Shown: positions 1-13,468 of the stretch, piece after piece | Position numbering within the stretch: position 1 is the first letter of the stretch | How the letters are laid out: each line of letters opens with the position of its first letter | Origin: Octopus vulgaris | Taxonomy: Eukaryota | Length of the DNA: 64,000 nucleotides | Reading direction: 5' to 3' | NCBI GenBank assembly: GCA_951406725.2 | Contig: OX597824.1 | Location: 52,824,001-52,888,000 of the forward strand | Notes under the pieces: generated by a model | Told to the model about the DNA's origin: nothing | Database searches by the model: none | The model's input: only the letters and a program-made list of their open reading frames with translations | Translations under genes and position numbers: made by a program

Positions 1-145
1 GTTTGTGAAAGCACGTGGTTGAATATATAGAAAATAGTAAAAAGTGAAAAACTACAGAAGGCTTAAAGGTTAAAAATATATATATATTTGCGTCAATATG
101 TCTGAAGAATATTAAAAAATTTTTTCTTACAATGACATAGTTTAG

Positions 146-184
146 AAGAAAGACCGGTTTCGCGTTTAGCTTTTCAAATTTCTT
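146..184 (-). ncRNA. Minimal hammerhead-like motif (U3/A8 core variant), left arm copy
   Basis: Reverse complement of 3178-3216. Confidence 0.6.
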
Positions 185-300
185 GCGACGTTATGTTTAT
201 CTTGAACAGAGTTATCTTTATGTTTATGTTTAAAAGAGTTCTAAATAAGGGGAGGTAATGAGTGATTTCTTCCGGTGTAAGGGAAATAATCGCTTAAAAA

Positions 301-783
301 TTAAAAAAATTTTTTTCCTTTCCCTTGGTGTGAATTTCTCTGTATCAGTATGTTGGCATGGTTAAGTCTGGGCTTGTACTTTTCAATGAAGAATGTTTCC
401 TTGTTTAGTCTAATTTGTGTTGATGATCCGATAGCACATTGGTAAAATGGAAAGATTAAAAATTGTGGTAGTAGTTGCATTGCGCATTTCTCAATGTGCT
501 CACTAAAAGGTATCATTCTGTATTCTGGGAATGCAATCTGTTGTCGATGCAGTGTGCATGTACGTCTGAGTGAAAGTCCCGTGGATCCCACGTAGTCTTG
601 GTGGCAGCCCGAGCATTTTATGACATAAATTATGTTTTCAGAGGCACAAGTAAAGTTAGACTTGATCTTGAATTTCTGTCCCTCTTTAAAGAGGAATTCT
701 GATCCTTCTAGCAGGTTTGGACATGTTGCACAGTTCGATCTACCACATTTTTTTACTTTTGCATCCGTAATTTCAGAAAACAA
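301..783 (-). pseudogene. Inverted duplicate of the PLE GIY-YIG domain
   Basis: Nearly identical to ORF 2597-3016 but keeps the C-terminus KETFFIEKYKPRLN. Confidence 0.88.
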
Positions 784-946
784 TTTTGCCTTTGTGAGAA
801 TCTTTTTAAGTGATTTAGGTTGTTTGTAGCTTTTAATGATTTGGTGTGTTTAGAATTTCCTTTAATTTGGGGTCCTTATGAAGTATTGGTAAATTCTGGG
901 TGATGATGGTGAAGGCTTCTTTGTTTCTGGGGTTGTATGTAGATAT

Positions 947-3016
947 CTTCAATACTGAAGATGAATCACTAGTCAAGAACAAAAGTGAACACATCCCACA
1001 CAGAGGAAGAAATAAATATCTTGACGAATTCTATAACCACATTGAGAACTTTCCCTACCATACTATACATAAAGAGAAAGTTAACTCAAATTTTAACACT
1101 ACACAATGGAAGGAACTGATAGAACTTCAAAATGATGAGGATATAACCATTAAGGAAGCAGACAAGGGAAATGCAGTTGTAATAATGGATACATCATACT
1201 ATAGAAATCTTGTAATTTCCTTGCTTGATGACGACCTACATTATGAAAAAATTACCAACTACACCCCACAAAAAAATAATGAAAACTCTATCTTCACTAA
1301 TTAAAACCCACGAAAAGGAACTAACAACCAAAGAGATTGGCTTTCTAACAAACTTTAAATGCAAACCTAGCCTTTTCTATGGTCTGCCAAAAATCCATAA
1401 AAGCCAAATTATAAATGAAACCATTAAAAAATCACTAAAGACATACATACACACACCTAACCCGGGGGACCTAAAACTACGACCCATTGTAGCTGGCCCA
1501 ACCTGTGAAAAACACAGACTAAGTCTATTTATGGACATCCTCCTGAAACCCTTCCTTAAACATATCGATAGCCATATCAGAGATGACTTAGATATGTTAA
1601 ACCACCTCCCAAAAAAAGCCAAGGAAGAAACAATCCTGATTTCATTTGATGTAGTTAACCTGTATACCAGTATACCTCATAATTATGGACTAGAGGCAAT
1701 ACAGTTCTGGCAGGACCAATTTCCGGAAGAAATACCAAAAAGGATCAGTAAAGAATTCATTACTAAATCAATTGAATTCATCCTACATAATAACCACTTC
1801 ATGTTTGACAATACATTTTACCATCAAAAATCCGGAATTGCTATGGGTACAAGGGCAGCACCAGTCATTGCGAACCTAACAATGGGCGACATGGAAATAA
1901 TCATTTACCAGGAATCTTTATCAATATTTGGAAACCCCCTTTCTCAATACATAAAAGAGAATTGGAAACGAATCTTAGACGATTGTTTTATACTCTGGAA
2001 TGAAAACACAGATAAACTCCTAAAATTTAAAAACCTATTGAACAGCATAAACCCAAATATACAGTTCACAATGAAATACAACCAAAAGGAGCTCCCGTTC
2101 TTGGATATACTAATTTAAAAAATTAACCTTAAAATAGAAACAGACATTTTTTACAAAGCCACAGACGCCAAACAATACCTTCTTTTTAATTCATGCCACC
2201 CAAGACACACTAAAACAAACATCCCCTTGAACCTTGCAAGAAGGATATGCGCAATAGTGTCAGAACAAAATACCAGGAACTTTAGACTGCAAGGACTCAA
2301 AAACACCCTAATTGACAGACATTACCCAGCTCAACTCATAGAGGGTGGGATCAGACGTGCAACAGAAATCAACATAGAAACTTTAAGAAAAGTTCAACAC
2401 AACAACACACCTTCCCCGAAAATACTACCTTACATATCTACATACAACCCCAGAAACAAAGAAGCCTTCACCATCATCACCCAGAATTTACCAATACTTC
2501 ATAAGGACCCCAAATTAAAGGAAATTCTAAACATACCAAATCATTAAAAGCTACAAACAACCTAAATCACTTAAAAAGATTCTCACAAAGGCAAAATTGT
2601 TTTCTGAAATTACGGATGCAAAAGTAAAAAAATGTGGTAGATCGAACTGTGCAACATGTCCAAACCTGCTAGAAGGATCAGAATTCCTCTTTAAAGAGGG
2701 ACAGAAATTCAAGATCAAATCTAACTTTACTTGTGCCTCTGAAAACATAATTTATGTCATAAAATGCTCGGGCTGCCACCAAGACTACGTGGGATCCACA
2801 GGACTATCACTGAGACGTAGATGCACACTGCATCGACAACAGATTGTATTCCCAGAATACAGAATGATACCTTTTAGTGAGCACATTGAGAAATGCGCAA
2901 AGCAACTACTACCACAATTTTTAATCTTTCCATTTTACCAATGTGCTATCGGATCATCAACACCAATTAGACTAAACAAGGAAACAAGCCCAGACTTAAC
3001 CATGCCAACATACTGA
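947..3016 (+). pseudogene. Frameshifted PLE reverse transcriptase / GIY-YIG endonuclease polyprotein
   Basis: ORF pieces 900-1304 (IKEADKGNAVVIMD), 1225-2118 (RT core), 2227-2547 (thumb), 2597-3016 (GIY-YIG), separated by frameshifts or stops; catalytic motif reads ILDD. Confidence 0.9.
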
Positions 3017-3177
3017 TACAGAGAAATTCACACTAAGGGAAAGGAAAAATTTTTTTTTAAATTTTTAAGCGATTATCTCCCTTACACCGGAAGAAATCAC
3101 TCATTACCTCCCCTTATTTAGAACTCTTTTAAACATAAACATAAAGATAACTCTGTTCAAGATAAACATAACGTCGC

Positions 3178-3216
3178 AAGAAATTTGAAAAGCTAAACGC
3201 GAAACCGGTCTTTCTT
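3178..3216 (+). ncRNA. Minimal type I hammerhead-like motif (U3/A8 core variant) in the PLE 3' terminus
   Basis: AAGAAA-T-TTGAAAA-GC-TAAAC-GC-GAAA-CCGG-TC-TTTCTT; palindromic helix III; helix I needs a 1-nt bulge. Confidence 0.62.
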
Positions 3217-3326
3217 CTAAACTATGTCATTGTAAGAAAAAATTTTTTTAATATTCTTCAGACATATTGACGCAAATATATATATTTTTTAACCTTTAAG
3301 CCTTCTGTAGTTTTTTCACTTTTTAC

Positions 3327-3358
<32 letters not shown>

Positions 3359-3566
3359 GTAAATGTAATATGTGACAATTATTCGGCAGCCATGATAAAA
3401 CACCAAGTTTCGGATGCCGAGGTGGAAATCCACGCCGCCATCTCTTCAGTTATCCGGCCATCGTAAAAATGGTATGAAAAATGACCGTTATACAAAGGGA
3501 AATTACTGTGTGATTGACCGTTATTAAGACAAAAGAGCTATTTTGTTGTCTTACGGTTTTTATCAA
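3359..3566 (-). mobile_element. Short non-coding HHR-bearing unit (solo PLE terminal repeat or retrozyme-like)
   Basis: About 210 bp, contains the HHR, bounded by (TA)n on both sides. Confidence 0.55.
3394..3454 (-). ncRNA. Type I hammerhead ribozyme with canonical core and extended helix II
   Basis: Minus strand reads GATAA-CTGAAGA-GATG..GTGGA-TT-TCCAC..CATC-C-GAAAC-TTGGT-GTT-TTATC; helix I GATAA/TTATC pairs perfectly. Confidence 0.78.
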
Positions 3567-6372
3567 TATATATATATATATATATACATATAAGCAAATA
3601 AATGAATAGCAAACGATAGATAAATGTGAGTTCATTTTAATTGTTTCTAACGCATTTTTCAATAGATGAATAAGTACATTATATCATAGCGAAAACTGTA
3701 TTCATCAGATAACACATAGAATTTCAAATAATAGAAGAGCAATCCATGGACACAGTAAGAATACAACTAGACTCCAGCCCATCGTTTGTTAACTATTTAT
3801 TTATTTGCTTATAATACACCAAAAGGGATTCCTGACCTGTCGGACATCCTGGAGTATACCGAAAACCTTGCGACCAATACAACGTGCTTTGGAGCAGTCC
3901 CTAGGCGTTAAATACTCATAAGGGTTAAATACTCTGTATGCATAACCTGAATATTTCTCTGGATGTTATTTATTCGACTAAAGGTGGTGTTTACAAGTTA
4001 ATTCACCCCAACTTGGTGCCTATCATTTTTATGTATCTGATTCACTCCTGAATACTTAATATTGTATGTATAAAATATGTATGTTCATATATATAGTAAT
4101 GGGTTTTTTTTATATCGAGTTATGATAAAAACAATTTAACGTTAAACTAATACATTTTGTTGCGTACATATATATTACACTGTTACAAGAAGACAGTTGA
4201 CAGTGACTTCAAATTTTTGACTTGCAAGCTTTCGTCAAGATAGTAATAATACTAATCTTATCCTATTATGTCTAATCTCTACTATAAAGGAATTTCTCTG
4301 TTTCATTTGATTATATATTTTCTGTGATTATCATAAATTTTGATATCATTGTATCGGTCACCATCTTAGCTAAATAACAATATGACATCATATGGTTATT
4401 ATGTTGCATATTGGTCAATAATCATAATATCATAGATAACTGGCACCATCTTAATCCTTGGTCGTATCAATATTATACCTTCTATGACGATCTTATATCA
4501 TGTGATAATATGTAACATACTGTATATTTTGATATTTTATGATATCATAATTTCATGTCCTATCTATATCTGTGATCATCCAATTGATACATCTTTTTGT
4601 ATTAACAATTAATCATGGAAATTTAATGCAAATTATTTGATTAGATAGAATGAAAATGAAATGTTTAAAGCACATGGAATGGCTATAGATTTGAGGTGGC
4701 ATGTCAGTAAGCAGCTTTTATCGTAATTGCTCTACGGATGTGCAATGCACATCTTCAGATAATTACACAGAGATACGATTCAAAACAGACGGAAATGCAA
4801 TATTAAACATTATAGTCACCGATCTGAAACATAAAAGATAACGCGTCCACTGACAAGGGTCGAACCATTTGCTGGACATCCACCTTAGTAATTATATTGG
4901 AAATCTCAATGTAATTAATAATACAGTCATCCGGCAAGTAACAGATACGCAGTTTCAGTCCTATGGGTGAGTATTTCTTCTATTTGAACTCAAAGTGGTG
5001 ATTATAATATCTATCACATTTCCGTGTCTTCTGAATCTTATCTTTGTGTCATATCTAAAGATATCTTCAGCAAATACTTTGAGCAAATACAGTAAAAATT
5101 GCCGACTGACTGGGCACTCTAAACATTTCGTTATCAATCTCTCAATGCAAGCCATCCATGGTATCAGTTTGGAGTATCTTATTCTATGAATGATATTTAT
5201 ACAACTTTTCCATATGTCTTCTAAGTTAACATAGAATTGTTATCAATATTTACAATATATATTTCGAAGGTCGAAGGTTGATAAGACTGATACCAGTCAA
5301 GTACTAAGAAATGATATAATCACCTTTTCCAATGTCCCAAATTTGTGATATGCAGAAGTGTTTACATGGTCGTGCGACCTGCTAAAAGTAACACCCAAAT
5401 CTTCAAATAACCCTTTGCTATCTGAAAGGAGGTTACATTGGATAATGTAGTATTAAATACATTGTGTCTGAATAAAAGATGGCATGTCACGGCTGGAACG
5501 TCATAGATAATAGTTCTCTTCAGAAATAATCTAGTGCTAGTAAAACAGCAATAAATATTTACGATATATTCTCGCTTATTAATGTTTATAATATATCCTT
5601 ATTTTTCAATCTTTATAATACATCAAAATTCGCCATTCTTACTGTATATTCTTTTGTCCTGCTTTAAACAGGTTTCAACCGTCTTCATTCTCTAAACTAA
5701 GGTTGTGGCTATTCAAAACACGTTCTAAACATTATTTTCTAAATTGTTTTCTTCCATTTCTCTTCCCTACTCTTTCTTTCTTTAATTTCTTTGCATTGCT
5801 CTTATATATACTGTTCTTCGCTGTTTTATACTCCCTTTCATCTTAATAGAACTACCATAACATTTTCCTTTCTCAAGCAACGCATCTTCCTCCTATCACT
5901 TATTATGCCTCTTTAAGCATTTAAAGAGTCTTCTGTTCTTCTATGTATAGCTTTTGAGCGTCACTAAAACTCAGATATCAAGCCTATATTTTCATTGATT
6001 TTTATATCTTCAAATCTATTTTCTTAGAAACTTGCCTCTCATTTACTGTTACTATTTACTTTTTTATATTTTATTTTCTACCTTGTCTCACCTTTCATTT
6101 TCAGATTGTAAGCCACCAACATACACTATTGTATATATTCCTCTCACAACATTATCAATATGTAATCTTCTCCAATTCGAAACCAACTTGAAATTTGGCA
6201 TTTTACCAATTCTGAATGTACCGTCCTCTTTACGCCTTCCATTGAATCTTTTCTAGATTTACCTCCTCTGTTGCTCCGAATTTCAGAATCTTTGAACTAC
6301 ATTTAATTACTCAACCTTGAAACCACAAGAGAGAGAGAGAGAGAGATACACAAACAGACAGACAGACAGAGA

Positions 6373-6730
<358 letters not shown>

Positions 6731-8509
6731 CGCATAACGTAAATGAATTGATATTTAAAACCAGATACGTACTTTATTATCAGGCTCTGGCTAATCACAT
6801 CGAATAGTTAGCGGTATATAAAATTGCTTAAGGTAAACAATTATACGTTACTTTATTCGGCAGATAAAAATACTGAGTTCGCTTGATTGGATTCTATACA
6901 TCATACAGATATAAAAAAAAAAGAATGAAGAATTGTACATCTTCAAATCGTGTTTAGCAGAGTATTCTTCACATTACATTCACGTTAGATTTCAGTTTCG
7001 GAAAAAAAAATTGGATATAAACTGTTTTGTTGGGAGATCTAGGAGAGAAGCAGTCAAATTGAAGCAGAAAACAAAACAAGTGTTAAAATGGGAATATCGG
7101 AGTCATGACGGCTATGCTTCATTCGTTCTGTTATGTTCTATATAATGTGGTATGTCTACAACGCAAACAACAATAATTAGTATTACTACCATCACAACCA
7201 TCATCAGAATAACACTTGTTCACTACTAACGTCATTGTGGAACCACTGTTTTATGTTTTTAGACGCAACATATTAGTCACTACATTATGCTGGCATTACT
7301 ACACCATACATAATATCATTTCATACTAGACAACATCATAAAGCCGGAAAAGCTTCTCAACACCCTGCATACTATACTCTGATTACCATCACCACAAGAT
7401 GTTGCTAACAACATCCACACCTCTACCAAAACCATTGCCTTCAACACCATCTCATAATATAACACTATTCTAACACTAGAAGTCACTACCATTTCAAAAC
7501 ACTACCGCGTAAACAATATGACAATAAAGCAACAAAGGAACCTCTTCGGTGTCACGCGACACGACAGAAACAGCTGAATCCTTCTTAAATCGCACCCAGC
7601 TGTTTCTTAAGCAAAACCATATTGCATAATACACTCATGGATATACAAAAGTCATAAGATAGTCACCGTTGGAACATTTTTTGATCATAACACTGCTCGA
7701 CAGTTGCTGATATTTTAAACAACTGCCTACAGATCTGCCATCATAATTGAAGACAACAAAAAACATCTCTATTACTATCAACACCACCACCGCATACGTC
7801 ACCAGTACCTCGGCTACCGTTATCATCATCATCAACAGAATTACCATTCTATCAACACTACCACCATTTTCAGTCAGTATTCATTAAATATAATCAATGT
7901 TATACACATTGTCATTGACTAATTGCACTGAAGTTGCTATTCATTAACAACTATTCCCTTGATTGAGATATGATTTGGAACAGTTATTAATTCGTCATTA
8001 AAATATATATATAATTTTTTATATTTGTTTATTTTTCGAAAAATATGTTTACCGTTCTAGAAATTTCCGATTTCTATATTGATTTACACTTAAATTATTT
8101 AAAAATGACATTCTCAAAAACAATTGAAAAATAAAACTTGCAATGATGTGACAGTTCTTAATTAGAATTCAAATATTGTATTTTGTTTTCAGGGAATAAT
8201 AAAGAGAATGTTGGACGAAATGAGATATTTAGATTCCAACATTTAATGTTCTTGATTGTAGCCTCGCTGAGATCGATTTTGCCTTTAATTCTTCCGACAT
8301 CGATGAATCAAAGTTTTCACATACTCTAAATTTCCTAGCCTTATGTCAATGTTAAAAATGAAGTCAAGGACGATTTTACCTTTCATCTGTACAAGATTCA
8401 CAAAATAAATACCAATGAATTACTAGATTAACAGTCGTCTATGTTCTCCCATGAAATACGTAGTCTTGTGCCCGTGCGAGAAATCCACCTCATCATTATT
8501 ATTATTATA

Positions 8510-10530
8510 TGTTTGACTTTTGTTTTGTATTTGTACAAGTACTATCTTAAATTTCTGCCATTTAGGGGTCTCCTGGTATCTAAGCTCGGTAGCAATCAGC
8601 CCCTTTTGTAATCATTCCTAGGACCTATGACAACAGGTATTGTTTTAGTCTAGAGGTTCAATATTTTGCCAGTTTCTATTTCAAGATCTTTATACTTCCT
8701 CAGTTTTTGGTAGGTCTTGGAAGATACATTTATATCGATTGGGACAGTCATATCAATGCGGAGGTATCATTTTTGTTTGACGTCTTTCAATATAATGTCT
8801 GGCCTATTGGCATCTATCTTTCTGTCAGTTTGAATGGTGAAGTTCCAGAGGAGTGAGATGTGATCATTTTCAGGTTTTTGCAAATTACCCAGTGAATATA
8901 TCGTGCTGCTCTATCGATGTCATCACTGAAATGTTTAACAATCGCTAGTTGGTCATTTTTTGCAGAGCTTTAAATCATCCATGTAAATGAGATGATTTAT
9001 ATTTTTATCAAACATTTTATAACCGTATTGTACATCATTGAGCAATTTCGAGAGAGGTATAGAGGCTAGACAAAAGAGGAGTGGTGATAGAGAGTCACCC
9101 TGGAAAATGTCACATGAAATTCTTACATCTCCAACATGAAGAGATTCGTTGTCACTGTTCAAAGTTAGTGTGGTTCTCCATGATCTCATACTTACAGACA
9201 AGAAGTTTTGCAGAGTAGGTGCTATTTTATACATTTCCAGACATTTATTAATCCAGCTATGTGGTAGGCTATCAAAAGCTTTTTTATAGTCTATCCAGGC
9301 TATCGACAAGTTTTTGTGCCGTTTGTAAAATTAGCTACACATCATTTTATTGATGAGGAGCTGATCTTTACAACCATAGGACCCACATTTACATCCTTTT
9401 TACTTATTAGGGAATATGCCACTTTCTATTAAAAAAGCTATAGATATATTTAGTCAAGACAGATGTGAGCATTTTATACATTATTGTTAAGCAGGTTATG
9501 GGTCTATAATTTTTTTGGTTCATTTGTTTCTTCATTTTTTGGAAGTAGGAATGTTACACCATTAACTAGCCAAGAGGGAATCATACTAGGTCGTTGCAAA
9601 ACATTGTTGTAAATTTTGTTGGCAGTTCATGGTTCTCTGAGAAGGCATTCAACCAGAAGTTAGGAATGTTATCCTTTCCTAGAGACTTCCATTTGCTTGA
9701 CTTCCTGAGAGCAGATCTCACATCCTCTACCCTCCCGCTTTTGCTCTTGATACCCTCCCACTTTTGCTCTTCTAATGAGTCTAAGTCTGCAGATATTTTA
9801 TGAATCCAAGGGGCCTTTTCATTGTGTTTTATCTTCTGCCAAAATTTTATTCCAAAATTCCTGCACTTCTTTTGATAGGACAGACTTTACTGTAGCTTTT
9901 GTTTTCCTTATCTTTCTGTAAAACATTTTTGGGTTATTTTATGGTGGTAGTGTTGATAGAATGATGATTCAGTTGATGATGATGATAACGGTAGCCAAGG
10001 TACTGGTGATGTATGCGGTGGTGGTGTTGATAGTAATAGAGATGTTGTCCTTGAAGAATCTAACACGCTTTTCATACCTTGCTATGCGGACAGCTTTAGC
10101 ACATACCTTTTGCTTAGTGGTTTCTATGATGGTATCGATGTCAAATATGGCTTTCATATTATATTTTTTCTTTAATTTTGGGGTTTTGTTGGTTTGATAG
10201 TCTTATCAAACTTAAGGAATTTTAAACATTCTATGTCAGACCTACGTAGCTGAATTTGGTGTTGAATACGCTCTTGTCAAGAAGGCTTTTTGTGGGAATG
10301 TTGTCGTTTTCTAATATTTTCACCACATAGAATTGTTGAGATTTTCGCGGATGCATAGAACAGGTGGTAGAGATTTGTAATGCCAACATCATTAGCTGAA
10401 ATTATATCTTTAAGTGCAAGGCAGATTTTGCAAATTATTTTCAGGTTTTTATTACACTCCGAATTTTTGAGAGAGTGTCGTGTTCATTCATACTGGTTTC
10501 TTTAATGTTCAGCCACTCAAACATGAACTT
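8510..10530 (-). mobile_element. Degenerate R4/Dong-like non-LTR retrotransposon (RT + REL endonuclease)
   Basis: WIDYKKAFDSLPHSWI, FQGDSLSPLLF, YMDDLKL; downstream NRPDIILKD-like REL motif near 8790-8810; 3' end abuts (ATT)n. Confidence 0.85.
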
Positions 10531-10644
10531 GATAGTTGTTGGATATATGATTAGATATATAGTGGTTCCAATATATGAATAAGTTTCATCTTTTTAATTC
10601 ATCTTTAATTTCTTTAAATTATAGTTTAAGGAAATAAAAAATGT

Positions 10645-10800
10645 TTGTGTGTGTGCCTTTTGTCTATGTTTGTCCTGCCACCCTCTGCCATTTGACAACT
10701 GGTATTGATGTGTTTACGTCTGCATAACTAAAAGTTGTTCAAAGCGGTGCCCCAGCATAGCCATGGTCTAATGATTAAAATAAGTAAAAAAAAAAAAGAA
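10645..10800 (+). mobile_element. SINE family A, 3' half
   Basis: ttgacaactggtattgatgtgtttacgtc..gcggtgccccagcatagcc..A-rich tail. Confidence 0.7.
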
Positions 10801-11317
10801 GCTAAACAACACCTTCCTTGTTAATTTCATTATATTTAAAAGTATAGTTTTGATTAAATGACATTTTTCAAAAATATTTTTTGAAATTTCTTGCTTGTGT
10901 TTAATATATTAACATAATGTTTACAAATATACTGACTTATATCTTGGAATTTCCGCGGGTCCGGTATTTATAATTATTTTACTCAGAACTTAGTAGTTCT
11001 TCCCAATTTTTGAATTAAGCTGCGTTCAGCAAAACGTAGGTATCTGGTTGTTTGCTTATGGTTTTTGTTGTTGTTACAAGCAAAGTAACTCTGAAACAAC
11101 ATGAAATAATTCTGTTTTGCAGCGGTGAAACTCCAAGCAGATGAAGTTATAACTAATAACGAGTAAATATTAAGTTAAAATACTGGGTCCAACGAGCAGC
11201 CTTCGACTTTTTCTATCCAAGAAGATATTTAATCCAATATTTATACTCCATTATCTGCTTCGCGTTTCCCCATTCCCCCAAAATTATTTCACGCTCTTTC
11301 AAAGCTTCCAAAATCTT

Positions 11318-11605
11318 GTGGCTGTCTGGTAAGAAGTTTTTCTCCCAACTACATGATCTCGGGTTCAGTCCTCCTGTGTGGCACCTTGAGCAAATATCTT
11401 CTGCTATATCTCCGGGCCGACCAAACCTTGTAAGTGGATTTGGTAGTGGAAAACTGAATCGAATATGTGTGTGAGTGCGTGTGTGTACGTATATGTGCGT
11501 GTGTGTGTTTGACGTCCCCACCGCTTGGTGATTTGTTGATTTTCCCGTAACTTAGTGGTTCGGACGAAGAGAACAATAGAAGTACCGGGCTTTAAAAAAG
11601 TACTT
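11318..11605 (+). mobile_element. SINE family A, degenerate
   Basis: gtggctgtctggtaag..ggttcagtcc..ggcaccttgagcaa..gtaacttagtggttcgg. Confidence 0.75.
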
Positions 11606-11999
11606 GTGTCGATACATATATGCATGTACACACACACGTATATAAATACATACATATATATATATATACATATGCAAATGCATACACACTACTTTAGAAG
11701 GGATGTTAGAAGACTCTTCTTTCCAAGCATCTTCTAACAAGAAGTTCCTTAACCGCAACTCTCTGATTGTATAACTTATTAACAACACAACCATTCTTGC
11801 TCCCTCTTTACCATTCAGCAATCGCTGAATCGAAAATTTTCTTTTGTTGTCTCGGTTTATTGATTGTGTATCTCATGAATTCAATTATTTTTGTTTTTGA
11901 TATAAAAGATCCATTGTTTTTTAATTCGTCATTATAATAGCCCCTATCCGTCGCCTTCGCGACAATAAAACAAATAATAATAATAACATTCTAGTAACT

Positions 12000-12350
12000 T
12001 ATTTAATGCATACTATCATTGCACATCTCAGAGAGCAGTTTATGCAGTGTTTTGTTTTCGTATTTACTCTTGTACGGAAATTACTCAGGGTAATATGTGT
12101 ACAATTCTTAGCCATTCAAATTTCTGTATGCTGTATGTACGTGTAAGTCCTTAGGCTTTCATCATGTATTAGGTTGCATATTTGTTAGTTATTCCCAAGG
12201 CACCTATTATTATAGAGAGGGTTGCTATTTTTCGTCCAAATATTCTGTTTGCATCTATTTCCAGATCTTTATATTTAGATAATTTCTCCACTTCTTCTAG
12301 AGATGTATTATTGTCTGCTGAAACTAATTAATATTTTGTCCAACAGACTT
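12000..12350 (-). mobile_element. R4/Dong-like LINE 3' fragment (REL domain)
   Basis: Minus strand reads KLSKYKDLEI..IIGALG, similar to 21771-22001; adjoins (TAA)n. Confidence 0.55.
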
Positions 12351-12559
12351 ATTTTCGTTGCGTGCTTCCGCTACACAGCCAACCTACTCCCACTTAATAC
12401 AGTGTTGATCAATTTACTCCCTGTAACAGACATGCTATTAGTTGTAATGATATTTTATGTTTTGTCTGTGTGGTATGTATTAAACGCATTCGTTTCTATG
12501 ATAGAGGTGCAGTCCTGTATCAAAGACCAAGAATGTTTGTCATCTGGAATTTGTTAAAA

Positions 12560-13130
12560 GCGTTCACAACCTTCTACCAGTCGAACATTGCAATCGGTGG
12601 ACGTTTGCAATCTCTACAGATCGAGAGGTGGTAGAGAAAGGATGGTGTTGTCGACGAGGACGATTTGATACGTATGTTACGGAAGACTGTTGCTACGATA
12701 ACTATAGATAACTTACAGAAATCCTTGCTCTGACAGAATTAGCGAAGGACACTACTTTTTCGAGATAAATTCTACTGGCACAGAAATTCTGTCAAAAGCT
12801 CTACCAATGACGTGCGCAAAGCGACGAAACTGATCTGCTCATTTCGTTCAATGTTTGGGTATTATTGATCTGTGGAATTCTGAATCCAGCTAATGACCGA
12901 ATTCACCGTGATGATCAACGTGCAGCGCTTCTAAAACCTAGTTAAGCAAGTCAGTTCTCTCTATGATGGCCATAAGGAAAGAGGTTGTGTGGTGGATGAG
13001 GTTGAAAGAAGTGAAAGCGGATACTTTTTACTTCGGTTAAGACTATATCGAATTTTAGGTTAGGAAGATGAATGTTGAGGAGGAAGTGATGTCTGCCTGG
13101 GAATTTAGAATATGAATGTGGTGACAAAAA
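12560..13130 (-). mobile_element. Highly degenerate APE-type LINE remnant
   Basis: Composition and weak similarity in style to the 60730-62560 remnant; no intact motif. Confidence 0.3.
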
Positions 13131-13468
13131 TGGTAAAAAAGAATTGTTCTTTTCACAGAATATACCTGTACGTTAGAGTTTACCAGTAAAGCGAGGGTAC
13201 TTGCCTTTAACGGTCAGGGTAACCTTCGTTCTGTGAAGCTGACAAATTGAACCTAATTGAAGATATTTTGTATCAGAAAGACCGAATTACGTTCATCTAT
13301 TTGTATACCTAGTATACTTTTCTAATTGTTTATTGTACCTCCCATTTTGTATAAACATACACCTTTTATACAATCTTTCTTCTTTGTATTATCTTCTTTA
13401 TCCAATGCCATTATATAGCAAATAAAGACACATCATTATCGTGGACATTATCACTATTATTATTACTA

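Larger units (their letters stand above)
31..3332 (+). mobile_element. Penelope-like retroelement (Neptune type), 5'-truncated, with an inverted copy of its 3' end at the 5' side
   Basis: Broken ORF 947-3016 with PLE RT motifs (LPKIHK, RPIV, SFDVVNLYT, GIAMGT, LDD), CGRSNCATC linker and GIY-YIG (IYVIKC..YVG). 31-946 is the reverse complement of about 2434-3332. Ends in (TA)n. Confidence 0.93.

Noticed and set aside
947-3016. Selenoprotein-type or N-terminal-endonuclease (Naiad) PLE
   Set aside because: The endonuclease is C-terminal, the Cys codons are normal, and the breaks are ordinary frameshifts or stops.
4640-6310. Possible ancient LINE remnants
   Set aside because: No motif was clear enough to support a call.
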